Assembly: GCA_047947115.1 (NCBI GenBank)
Contig: CP170459.1
Span: forward strand, 2,848,001-2,912,000
Source of the DNA: Verrucomicrobiota bacterium
GTDB taxonomy: Bacteria; Verrucomicrobiota; Verrucomicrobiia; Limisphaerales; AAA164-E04
DNA: 64,000 nt
Direction: 5' to 3'
Part shown: positions 9,803 through 18,182 of the stretch, one piece after another
How positions within the stretch are numbered: the first letter of the stretch is position 1
Layout of the letters: each line of letters begins with the position of its first letter
Made by a program: the position numbers and the translations under genes
Notes under the pieces: generated by a model
What the model was told of the DNA's origin: nothing
The model's input: only the letters and a program-made list of their open reading frames with translations
Database searches by the model: none

Positions 9803-11250
9803 CTCCCCCGCTGACGCGGAGTCGGCCTTCGGCACTTATATGATGTTTTCCTGGACTTCCACGACGCGAGAGGGCCTACGGGTGGTGTGGTTTTTCTCCA
9901 AGAAAAACCCAGAGGATTTTTATTCGAAAAGCATCGGCAATCTCCTCAACATGGCGTCGCCAAAACAAACCTCGTCAAAGAGTGCCGATGCTGTTGAAAA
10001 CCTTGCTCAATCGTTGCCATAAATTCAAATCCTTTGTCTATCGCCAAGCATGCTTCCAGGAAGTTGAAGGAGTCGAAGCTATTGTCGTAAGCGTTGAACC
10101 ACGGCAAAACAGCCGCCCAGTATGTTCAAAGTGCAATCGTAGTGCTTCCACCTATGACCATCGTCCTGGAAAACGAAAGTTTCGATTCATCCCCTTATGG
10201 GGGTGGCCGGTGTTTCTTGAATACCGGATGCGAAGAGTTAACTGCCCCAATGACGGTGTTGTCATCGAATCGGTTCCTTGGGCCAAAGGAAAAAGCCGGA
10301 TAACCTGTGTCATGGAACACTTCCTTGCACAGTGGGCTCGGAAACTTTCATGGAAAGAAGTTGCCCAGACCTTTGAAGTCAGTTGGCAATCGGTGTATCG
10401 GTCCGTTGCTTCCATTGTTGAATACGGCTTGAAGCACAGGAGTTTGGACGATATTAATGCCATCGGAGTTGATGAGGTGCATTTTGGAAAGGGGCAAAAG
10501 TATCTGACGGTGGTTTACCAGATAGATCAAGGCACGCGCCGATTGTTAAGCGTCACCAAGGAGAGAACCGAGCAATCCCTTCGGGATTTTTTTAAGATCC
10601 TCACTCAAAAGCAACTTGAGTCCATTCAATTTGTTTGTTCGGACATGTGGAAACCTTATCTCAATGTGATTAAGGAAAAACTCGAACACGCCCTCCACGT
10701 GTTGGATCGCTTCCATATCGTAGCCAATCTGAACAAAGCAATCAATGAAGTCAGGGCGGTCGAAGCGCGTAAGATGCGTCAGGACGGATACCAGGAAGTG
10801 CTTAAACACACCAAATACTGCTTTCTCAAACGTCGTGAGAACCTCACGCCCAATCAAAAGATTAAGCTGGAGGAAGTCCTCCAGTATGATCTGAAAAGTG
10901 TTCGGGCATTTTTGCTCAAAGAAGCATTTGAGTTCTTTTGGAATTACACTAGCCCATATTGGGCTGAGTGGTATTTGAACAAGTGGTGCACCAGAGCTAT
11001 GCGCTCACGTCTGGAACCCATCAAGAAATTTGCCAGCAGCCTACGAAAACATCAGCCGCTGATCCTGAATTGGTTCAGGGCCAAAAAGACTATTTCGTCG
11101 GGAGTTGTTGAGGGTTTGAACCGCAAAATAAATCTGACTACCAGAAAAGCCTACGGCTATCGTAGCTTTGAAGTGCTTAAAATAGCCCTTTTTCACACAA
11201 TGGGTGAACTACCCGAACCTAAATTTACCCACAGATTCTGAAGAAGAGGC
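9719..11250 (+). mobile_element. ISL3-family insertion sequence (1532 bp)
   Basis: 29-bp imperfect terminal IRs (9719-9747 and 11222-11250, 21/29 identical), 8-bp direct repeat AAAAGTAC on both sides, one transposase. Confidence 0.95.
9982..11241 (+). CDS. ISL3-family transposase
   Basis: Zn-ribbon CSKC...RRVNCPNDG; DDE core IGVDE, CSDMWKPY, LDRFHIV, SGVVEGLNRKI, AYGYRS. Confidence 0.95.
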   Translation: MPMLLKTLLNRCHKFKSFVYRQACFQEVEGVEAIVVSVEPRQNSRPVCSKCNRSASTYDHRPGKRKFRFIPLWGWPVFLEYRMRRVNCPNDGVVIESVPWAKGKSRITCVMEHFLAQWARKLSWKEVAQTFEVSWQSVYRSVASIVEYGLKHRSLDDINAIGVDEVHFGKGQKYLTVVYQIDQGTRRLLSVTKERTEQSLRDFFKILTQKQLESIQFVCSDMWKPYLNVIKEKLEHALHVLDRFHIVANLNKAINEVRAVEARKMRQDGYQEVLKHTKYCFLKRRENLTPNQKIKLEEVLQYDLKSVRAFLLKEAFEFFWNYTSPYWAEWYLNKWCTRAMRSRLEPIKKFASSLRKHQPLILNWFRAKKTISSGVVEGLNRKINLTTRKAYGYRSFEVLKIALFHTMGELPEPKFTHRF

Positions 11251-11258
11251 AAAAGTAC
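11251..11258. repeat. Right target-site duplication AAAAGTAC
   Basis: Identical copy at 9711-9718. Confidence 0.93.
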
Positions 11259-11384
11259 TTTCAAACGTTTCTTAACCTGAGCGGGCAAAAGAAGGGACGT
11301 TTTGCGAAATGTGAACCGACCTACTACAACTCCATCAATCTGGACGAACCTACGTTCCAGCGGAAAAAAGTATTGTTTAATTGA
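11259..11384 (+). pseudogene. ftsZ: Severed 3' end of ftsZ (41 codons + TGA)
   Basis: In frame with 8510-9718 once the IS and one TSD are removed: FQTFLNLSGQKKGRFAKCEPTYYNSINLDEPTFQRKKVLFN*. LDEPTFQR matches the FtsZ C-terminal LDIPxFLR core. Confidence 0.88.
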
Positions 11385-11388
11385 TTGG

Positions 11389-11411
11389 AAACGACGAGTT
11401 CCGTGTCGTTT
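11389..11411 (+). terminator. Possible terminator hairpin after the ftsZ remnant
   Basis: AAACGAC-N9-GTCGTTT just after the native stop. Confidence 0.4.
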
Positions 11412-11514
11412 GCTCTTGGACGGGTGTTTTCTCTGGCCTTGATGGCAACATAGGTGGAGGGAAAAATAGGCTTGATGTTTTTCCGATTGGGGCAAAGTAT
11501 ACTTCCCAATTACT

Positions 11515-12276
11515 ATGAAAGAGAGCGTTTTTCCGTTTTGGAGGGGTGCGTTTTCGCATCGTCTTGTTTCCACACGAGCGTTTACCTTGATAGAATTGCT
11601 GGTGGTGATTGCCATCATCGCCATTCTGGCGAGCATGTTATTGCCGGCATTGAGCAAGGCGAAGGAAAAGGCTCATCGGACCAAGTGTCTCAGTAACCTC
11701 AAGCAGATGTTGTTGGCCACGCACATGTATGTGACGGACAACGAAGATTATCTTCCTTACAGTTCCTGGAGTTCCGGTACCTACGATGTTGCCAATTGGC
11801 TCTACACGCGGAAGCGAGGTCAGAATCCGGAACACGATGTTACCCTCGGTCAGCTTTGGAATTATGTTCCCACCGGCCAGATATATTGGTGTCCACTGGA
11901 TCGCACGAACACGGCGCTTTTCAAACAACGCGAAATGCAGGTATCCAGTTATGTGATGAATGGGGCTGTGACGGCTTACGGCACATCTCCCAACGGGGTG
12001 CAGTGGGGAAGTTTCAAGATGGACCAGTTTAATGCGGGGAATTTGCTTTATTGGGAAGCGGATGAGCGCCTGCCTTCCAATTATGACAATGTGGCCAGCC
12101 GTCCGAATGAAGGTGTCACAGAAAGGCACAACAGCGGCACTAATCTGGGTATGTTCGGAGGTCATGTGGAGTATTGGAAGTTTACCGACTATTATGAAGA
12201 AGCCGGTATTGGTGGATTTTCCGGCAAGCGCCCCGGTTTGTTCTGGTGCAATCCGTCATCAGTGAATGGCGATTGA
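11515..12276 (+). CDS. Prepilin-type N-terminal cleavage/methylation protein with H-X9-DG-like C-terminal motif (DUF1559-like)
   Basis: [37 protein letters not shown]-terminal [14 protein letters not shown]. Confidence 0.88.
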   Translation: MKESVFPFWRGAFSHRLVSTRAFTLIELLVVIAIIAILASMLLPALSKAKEKAHRTKCLSNLKQMLLATHMYVTDNEDYLPYSSWSSGTYDVANWLYTRKRGQNPEHDVTLGQLWNYVPTGQIYWCPLDRTNTALFKQREMQVSSYVMNGAVTAYGTSPNGVQWGSFKMDQFNAGNLLYWEADERLPSNYDNVASRPNEGVTERHNSGTNLGMFGGHVEYWKFTDYYEEAGIGGFSGKRPGLFWCNPSSVNGD

Positions 12277-12319
12277 CGGATGGCTCATTACAAAAAAGAT
12301 CACTTATGTTCAATGGGTT

Positions 12320-12718
12320 ATGAAATATCAGTTTCAAAAATGGGTGGGTTGGTTTGCTGCAGTCATTTTATGTCTATGGGGCGTTGGTTGTGGCGACAGC
12401 GATGATGGAAAGCTTCATTCCAGTAAATCGGTCGATGAAGCGGCCGATTATTTGAGTGATGCATTTTCGGGGTCGAATGCAAAGCTACAGGGGCATGCAA
12501 AGGAAGCTTCAGAGCACATGAAGAAGAAACGTTATCGCAAGGCCTTGATCTCCATTCAGGAAATCAAGCTTTCCGGTGAAGTGTCTACCATGAAGGAAGG
12601 GGCTGCTGTGAGGGATTCACTGATCAATTTGGAGGAGGAATTGATTTACGCCATTCAAAGTGGGGACAAAAATGCCCAGCAAGCTTATGACCTTTTGAAG
12701 CGAGTCAATCGGAACTGA
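12320..12718 (+). CDS. Hypothetical lipoprotein
   Basis: Signal peptide ending GVG-C-GDS; helical mature part. Confidence 0.7.
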   Translation: MKYQFQKWVGWFAAVILCLWGVGCGDSDDGKLHSSKSVDEAADYLSDAFSGSNAKLQGHAKEASEHMKKKRYRKALISIQEIKLSGEVSTMKEGAAVRDSLINLEEELIYAIQSGDKNAQQAYDLLKRVNRN

Positions 12719-12789
12719 TTGATTTGAGCTGGCAGCTCCTTTGAGGATAGCGCTTGTTATCTTTATGGGCGCGATCTTTCCAAAATAAA

Positions 12790-12821
12790 AAAACCCCGCA
12801 CCTGAAAAGGTTTGGGGTTTT
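12790..12821. terminator. Bidirectional rho-independent terminator
   Basis: AAAACCCC..ACCT-GAAA-AGGT..GGGGTTTT between convergent genes, with an A-run upstream. Confidence 0.75.
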
Positions 12822-12845
12822 GAAAGTTTGGATGAGATGAATCAG

Positions 12846-13079
12846 TTATTCACCGTCTTCGCCGATAGCTTCGACGGGGCAGCCTTCCATGGCTTCCTGG
12901 CACTGGGTGGCTTCATCATCGTTCTCGGGTTGCTTGTAGACGAATGAGTATCCCCCATCTTCCTGGCGCTTGAAGTTGTCAGGGGCGGTTTCACGGCACA
13001 AATCACAGTCGATGCATTGGTCATCGACATAGTATGTGCCGCCTACGTTTTCAGGATGTTTGTTTGCTGCGTCTGCCAT
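12846..13079 (-). CDS. Monocluster ferredoxin
   Basis: YYVDDQCIDCDLC...CPVEAIG; acidic, 77 aa. Confidence 0.92.
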   Translation of the reverse strand: MADAANKHPENVGGTYYVDDQCIDCDLCRETAPDNFKRQEDGGYSFVYKQPENDDEATQCQEAMEGCPVEAIGEDGE

Positions 13080-13245
13080 AATTTTATCTTGTTCCTATGT
13101 TCCTAGCTGTTGCGGGACTTTTTTGATCGAATCCCACGTTCTTATTGTTTGTGCGCTGTCCGGGCTTTGCTTTCGCCACTCTCGTCGTTTTGGGAGGGGC
13201 AAGGGAGGGCCAAGGGCGTGCTCACTGGAAGAAAATAATGAAGAA

Positions 13246-14622
13246 TCATTCGTAGCGCAAGGCCTGAATTGGATGTAAACCTGCCGCCTTGTAAGCGGGG
13301 AACAGTCCAGCAACAATTCCCACCATGGCGCTGAAAGCCACTGCCAGAAGCATGGGGGTAGTGGTGATGATGGGGGAATTTTGAGCGGGAGAGGCCATTT
13401 CGATCAGTTCCACCAGAACAAACGAAAATCCCAGCCCCACCACTGCGCCCAGCATGGCGACCGCGATGCTTTCCACGATGATCTGGGTGAAAATGGCTTC
13501 ACTGCTGGCTCCCACTGCTTTGCACGTCCCGATTTCGCGGATGCGTTCGTTGATGCTGGCCAACATGATGTTCATGATGCCGATGCCTCCCACCAGCAGG
13601 CTCAATCCCGCAATCACTCCCTGACTGATGCGCATGTTGCGAATTCGGGTGCGAATGTCGTTGATCTGGTTTTCCTGGGTGTCGAACTCAAAGTCGTTGA
13701 TGCCATTGTGGGAGATCAACATCACGTTGCGTGCCTGTTGCAAGGCTTGTTCGATCAGGTCGAGGTCGGCAATTTTTATGTCGATGTCCGTGAGAATAGG
13801 GTCCGGGGTTCCGTCCTCGTTGGAAGCGGCACGGAATTTGATCCAGGCTGTGTTAAGCGGCATGTAGATGACGTTGTTTTTCCGCCAGAAAGCGTCACCC
13901 CATTTCTTTGCTCCACTCCATCCGCGTTCGCGTTTGACTCCGCCCTTTTTCTCCCCTGCTTCCGCTGCCTGTTTCTTGGCAAGTTCCTTCAGTTTGCGTT
14001 CCTGCTCGCTTTCGTAGTGCTTGAACATGCCCACAATGGTGAAGGGTTGCCCTCCGATGTTGATGATCTCACCGATTGGAACGAAGTTCTCGCCTGTTTC
14101 GTCCGGACTGCCGAAGAGCTGATCGCGCACTCCGGTTCCGATCACACACACGCTGTTGGCAAACTCTTCATCCAGATCACAGAAAAAGCGCCCATGCTCC
14201 ACTTCGTAAAGATTCATTTCGAGCACGGCGGGCCAGACCCCGACGATTTCGGAAGTAGAAGCGGATTTACCCTTGTGAGTGACACGCGTGCCGCGCCAGT
14301 CCAGGCGCATTTCGGGTGAGATTTCGGTGATGAGAGGGGCGCTGGCTTGCAGGGCATAGACATCCTTGATGCGGCGCCCTGGACTTTGGTTTTTCAGATG
14401 GTCCTGCCAGGTGGGCACGTCTTCGTCGTCGATGCGGACCTTGTCCAGACCGCCCATGGCAATCATGGATTCTTTCATGCCCTTTTCCATCCCGGTGATG
14501 ACTGCCGCCATGGCCACCAGACTGGACACACCCAATACGATGCCAAACATGGTCAGCAGGGTTCGAAACTTGTGCGACCAGATATCCTTCAGTCCTATTA
14601 AAACGGCGTTGTAGAGATTCAT
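13246..14622 (-). CDS. MacB/FtsX-type ABC transporter permease
   Basis: LLTMFGIVLGV, large periplasmic domain, GGIGIMNIMLASINERIREIG, HPIQALRYE. Confidence 0.92.
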   Translation of the reverse strand: MNLYNAVLIGLKDIWSHKFRTLLTMFGIVLGVSSLVAMAAVITGMEKGMKESMIAMGGLDKVRIDDEDVPTWQDHLKNQSPGRRIKDVYALQASAPLITEISPEMRLDWRGTRVTHKGKSASTSEIVGVWPAVLEMNLYEVEHGRFFCDLDEEFANSVCVIGTGVRDQLFGSPDETGENFVPIGEIINIGGQPFTIVGMFKHYESEQERKLKELAKKQAAEAGEKKGGVKRERGWSGAKKWGDAFWRKNNVIYMPLNTAWIKFRAASNEDGTPDPILTDIDIKIADLDLIEQALQQARNVMLISHNGINDFEFDTQENQINDIRTRIRNMRISQGVIAGLSLLVGGIGIMNIMLASINERIREIGTCKAVGASSEAIFTQIIVESIAVAMLGAVVGLGFSFVLVELIEMASPAQNSPIITTTPMLLAVAFSAMVGIVAGLFPAYKAAGLHPIQALRYE

Positions 14623-14637
14623 GACAGTGCGCTCGGA

Positions 14638-16023
14638 TTAATCGTATTTCAGGGCCTGGATGGGGTGGAGTTTGGATGCCTTGAAGGCTGGGATCGTGCC
14701 GGCGACGATACCGACCATCGCCGAGCAGGCAAACGCGAACATCATGGCCTGCGTAGTGATTTCCGGGTTGTTCTCACTCGGGGTAAAGATGGTGATGGAG
14801 TGAACCAATCCCACGGAAACGGCCAGTCCCATGACACCGCCCACCAGGGCGATGACCACGCTTTCGATGATGATCTGGATGAAGATGTCTGCGGTGGTCG
14901 CGCCGACCGCCTTGCGAATACCGATTTCACGGACACGTTCCGAAATGCTGGCCAACATGATGTTCATGATGCCGATGCCTCCGACCACCAAGGCGATGGC
15001 TGCAATGATGACACCGCTCATGCGGAAATTCTGAATTGTTACCTGTATCCCATCCGCCAGGTCTTCTTCCGTTCGGAATGACCAGTCCTCGATTCCGTTG
15101 TGGGAAACCTGCAAGACGTTTCGTATCTGCTGCAGTGCAGTTTCGAGCAAGCCAATATCTTTGACCTTCATGTAGATCCCTGAAAGCCTTGGGTCGGCGG
15201 TCTCGTTGAGGCCCGCTGCCGAGCGAAACTGGATCATCATGGTCTGCAGCGGAATGAAGACTGAATTGTTTTTGAGCCGGAATACGTAACCACTCGGGCC
15301 GCTTCCACTGCGGCCTTTGTCTCGGACCACACCTGTCTGCTGCTGGGGTTCTTGCAGGGCGCGTAGTCGTTCCAATTCCTTTTCCTTGCGTTCCTTTTCG
15401 GTCATGTAGTGCTCGAACATGCCGACAATGGTAAAGGGTTGGCCGTTGATGCGGATGACTTCGCCGATGGGGACGATTTCTTCGCCCGTTTTTTCGGGGT
15501 CGCCGAACAAGTCATTGCGAATGTCCACACCGATGACGCAGACGCTGCGCGCCGTTTCGTTGTCGATTTCATTGAACATGCGTCCGTGTTCGATGCGGTG
15601 GTCTTCCAGGTCAAGGATGCCGGGCCACGTTCCGTATATACGCCATGGGCGTGCTCTTTTGCCCCGGTAGGTGATGTTGATGCGGGAACGATAGCCGTGT
15701 TGTTCCACCACCGGGGTAACGTTTTCCACCAGCGGAGCACCAGCCTGCAGAGCAAAGACGTCTTTCATCCGCAGGCCCGGGGCCTGATCGGTCAGATGTT
15801 TTTGATAGGACGGCAGGTCGTCCTGAAATTCCACCCGAACTTTTTCCAATCCTCCCATGGCCACCAGGGCTTCTTTCATCCCGTTTTCCATCCCTTTCAC
15901 CAATGCGGACATGGCGACCAGGCTTGAAACCCCCAGGATGATTCCCAGCATGGTCAACATGGATCTGAACTTGTTTGCCCAGATCTCTTTGAGTCCAACC
16001 AGAATGGTGTCCAGAAGGTTCAT
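14638..16023 (-). CDS. MacB/FtsX-type ABC transporter permease (paralog)
   Basis: GGIGIMNIMLASISERVREIGIRKAVGA, HPIQALKYD. Confidence 0.92.
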   Translation of the reverse strand: MNLLDTILVGLKEIWANKFRSMLTMLGIILGVSSLVAMSALVKGMENGMKEALVAMGGLEKVRVEFQDDLPSYQKHLTDQAPGLRMKDVFALQAGAPLVENVTPVVEQHGYRSRINITYRGKRARPWRIYGTWPGILDLEDHRIEHGRMFNEIDNETARSVCVIGVDIRNDLFGDPEKTGEEIVPIGEVIRINGQPFTIVGMFEHYMTEKERKEKELERLRALQEPQQQTGVVRDKGRSGSGPSGYVFRLKNNSVFIPLQTMMIQFRSAAGLNETADPRLSGIYMKVKDIGLLETALQQIRNVLQVSHNGIEDWSFRTEEDLADGIQVTIQNFRMSGVIIAAIALVVGGIGIMNIMLASISERVREIGIRKAVGATTADIFIQIIIESVVIALVGGVMGLAVSVGLVHSITIFTPSENNPEITTQAMMFAFACSAMVGIVAGTIPAFKASKLHPIQALKYD

Positions 16024-16757
16024 GACGAGGGGGAGGGAGTTCGATTGATCTGAAAGCGAGAGGTCTGGCCGGAAAGTTTTGCGTCCACTTCCGACGCGAT
16101 TTTGCCATCCCGAATCTCGATTTTCTGAGGTGTCAGGGCGGCAATCTCCGGATCGTGGGTTACCAGCATGATCGTGCGGCCTTCGTTATGCAGTTTGCAG
16201 AAGGTTTCAAGGATCATTTCCCCGGTGTGGGAATCGAGATTTCCGGTTGGTTCATCGGCGAAAATGATGCGGGGATCATTCACCAGTGCTCGGGCAATGG
16301 CGACGCGCTGCTGTTGTCCGCCGGAGAGTTGAGAAGGTCGGTGTTTGGAGCGGTCCTGGAGCCCGACGAGTTCGAGGGCATGCATGGCGCGTTTGTGACG
16401 TTCCCGGCCGGAAGTACCCCGGTAGATCAGGGGGAGCTCGACATTTTGGGCAACATTCAATTTGGGGAGCAAATTGAAAAACTGAAAGACAAAGCCTATT
16501 TTTTCACCGCGTATCTTTGCCAATTGGCGTGCCGAGGCGTTGTGAATGTCGGTGCCATCCAATTTCATCGAGCCTGATGTCGGAGAGTCGAGGCAACCGA
16601 GGATGTGCATCAGTGTGGATTTACCCGATCCGGATGGACCGATGATGGAGGTGAAATCACCTTGTTGGACATCCAGATCGACCCCATCCAGCGCATGGAT
16701 GGTTTCGCCACCCAGGTGGTAGGTTTTTCGGATTTCCCTTAATTCGACGAGCGCCAT
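16020..16757 (-). CDS. ABC transporter ATP-binding protein (MacB/LolD type)
   Basis: GPSGSGKST, LSGGQQQRVAIARAL, ADEPTGNLD, VTHD. Confidence 0.95.
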   Translation of the reverse strand: MALVELREIRKTYHLGGETIHALDGVDLDVQQGDFTSIIGPSGSGKSTLMHILGCLDSPTSGSMKLDGTDIHNASARQLAKIRGEKIGFVFQFFNLLPKLNVAQNVELPLIYRGTSGRERHKRAMHALELVGLQDRSKHRPSQLSGGQQQRVAIARALVNDPRIIFADEPTGNLDSHTGEMILETFCKLHNEGRTIMLVTHDPEIAALTPQKIEIRDGKIASEVDAKLSGQTSRFQINRTPSPSS

Positions 16758-16765
16758 GGATCAGT

Positions 16766-17911
16766 TCAGCTTGGATTCGATGCGAGATTGCCTGGTGCAT
16801 TGCCGCTTTCCACGATGGATTCGAGTGGGGGTTGCTCCAGAGAAACGGTTTCGCCCGAGTTCAAGCCGGACAGGATTTCCGCGAAAAAGTAGTCCGCCAC
16901 ACCGATTTGCACCACACGGCGTTCGAATGTGTTTCCGTTTTGAACATAAACGAATCGTTCCTGTTTTTTGAGTTGCTCGTTGTATTCAGTGAATACAGCC
17001 CCTAATGGCACCGCGGTGACTCCGGCAGCGGATTGGACGGGGATCTTGATGTTGGCTGTCATGCCGGGTTGAATGCGGGGATCAATCTTATTCAGCAGGA
17101 TGCGAGCTGAAAATCCCTTGATGCCGTTGACGATGGTGGCTTGAGGTGCGATGCGTTCGACGGTTCCCTCCACGACCAATCCGGCGATCGCCTCAACTTG
17201 GATATCCACCTTCAATCCGACGCTCAGCCGGCTGACATCAGCCTGGTTGACGTGGGCGTTAATAATCATGCGGTTCAGGTCCGCGATCGTGAGCACCTCG
17301 GTGCCGCTGTTGAATCCGCCCGAACCTGAGACGGCTTGTCCTGCGGAAACAGGGCGGGTGAGGATGGTGCAATCGAAAGGTGCCAGGATCTGGGTTTTAT
17401 CCAAACGTTCCATCGCTAGGTCGAGGTCTTTTTGGGCACGCTCGATGTTGTTTTTAGCGAGGCTGAATTCGGTTTCCGTGTTTTCAAAGGCCTCCTTGGA
17501 TACCAGGTTTTCCTGGTATAGCTTCCTGTCACGCTCAAAATTGCGCCGGGCTTTCTCCAACTGAAGGTTTGCAGCATCGATCTGGGTTTGCCGCTGCTCG
17601 ATTTCAATGCGGATGTTCTTGTCATCCAAGGCGAAGAGGAGCTGATCCTTTTTGACCTTGTCTCCGATGTCGACGGGTAGTTCCAGAATCAACCCATTGA
17701 CTTCCGGGCGGACCGATACCTGTTTTTCGGGCGTGATTTCTCCTGAAACCGTCACCACGAAATTAATGTCCTTGGTTTCCACCTTGGCGGTGGTCTCCCG
17801 GTTATTTAGCGCTTCGTTCGCTGCCGAAGCGGCTTCTTTGGATTTCTTGAGGTAGGTGAAACCAAAAGCGGCGGCTGCGACAATGACTATGGCTAAAACG
17901 ATGTTCTTCAT
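16766..17911 (-). CDS. Periplasmic adaptor (MacA/HlyD-type membrane fusion protein)
   Basis: N-terminal anchor, VDIGDKVKKDQLL, alpha-hairpin, ILAPFD, IQPGMTA. Confidence 0.92.
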   Translation of the reverse strand: MKNIVLAIVIVAAAAFGFTYLKKSKEAASAANEALNNRETTAKVETKDINFVVTVSGEITPEKQVSVRPEVNGLILELPVDIGDKVKKDQLLFALDDKNIRIEIEQRQTQIDAANLQLEKARRNFERDRKLYQENLVSKEAFENTETEFSLAKNNIERAQKDLDLAMERLDKTQILAPFDCTILTRPVSAGQAVSGSGGFNSGTEVLTIADLNRMIINAHVNQADVSRLSVGLKVDIQVEAIAGLVVEGTVERIAPQATIVNGIKGFSARILLNKIDPRIQPGMTANIKIPVQSAAGVTAVPLGAVFTEYNEQLKKQERFVYVQNGNTFERRVVQIGVADYFFAEILSGLNSGETVSLEQPPLESIVESGNAPGNLASNPS

Positions 17912-18009
17912 TTCTTATTATGTGGCTATGACCTGTTCAAATAGCTCTATGTTACAATTTTTTTAAGGCCTGCTTCTACCTCATTCCACAATGGGTGCTG
18001 CGAGTAAAG

Positions 18010-18040
18010 TGGTAAAGTGACATTCTTTGTCACTTTACCA
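18010..18040. repeat. Perfect 13-bp inverted repeat (operator or terminator)
   Basis: TGGTAAAGTGACA-TTCTT-TGTCACTTTACCA. Confidence 0.7.
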
Positions 18041-18182
18041 TGAGCCGTCCTGCAAATTGATTTATCGGGCAGCCCAGGGCCGAAGCAGGTATCTTTACCA
18101 CTCCGACAGCACTATTGGAAGTTCTTTGAATGGAAACTATTCAAATTCTTGTTAGTTGGAGTATCGGGGAATGCGGATCTAT

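Noticed and set aside
9840..10022. Short ORF in the IS left end
   Set aside because: No motif, and it overlaps the transposase start; ISL3 elements need only one ORF.
11220..11384. Independent or frameshifted expression of the severed FtsZ tail
   Set aside because: There is an in-frame TAA at 11220, no standard start codon or SD after it, and the tail is out of frame with the transposase.
13381..14319. Long antisense ORFs (also 22675-23400, 40230-41132, 54169-54945, 58709-59569)
   Set aside because: They are mirror frames of well-supported genes and show no recognisable motifs.
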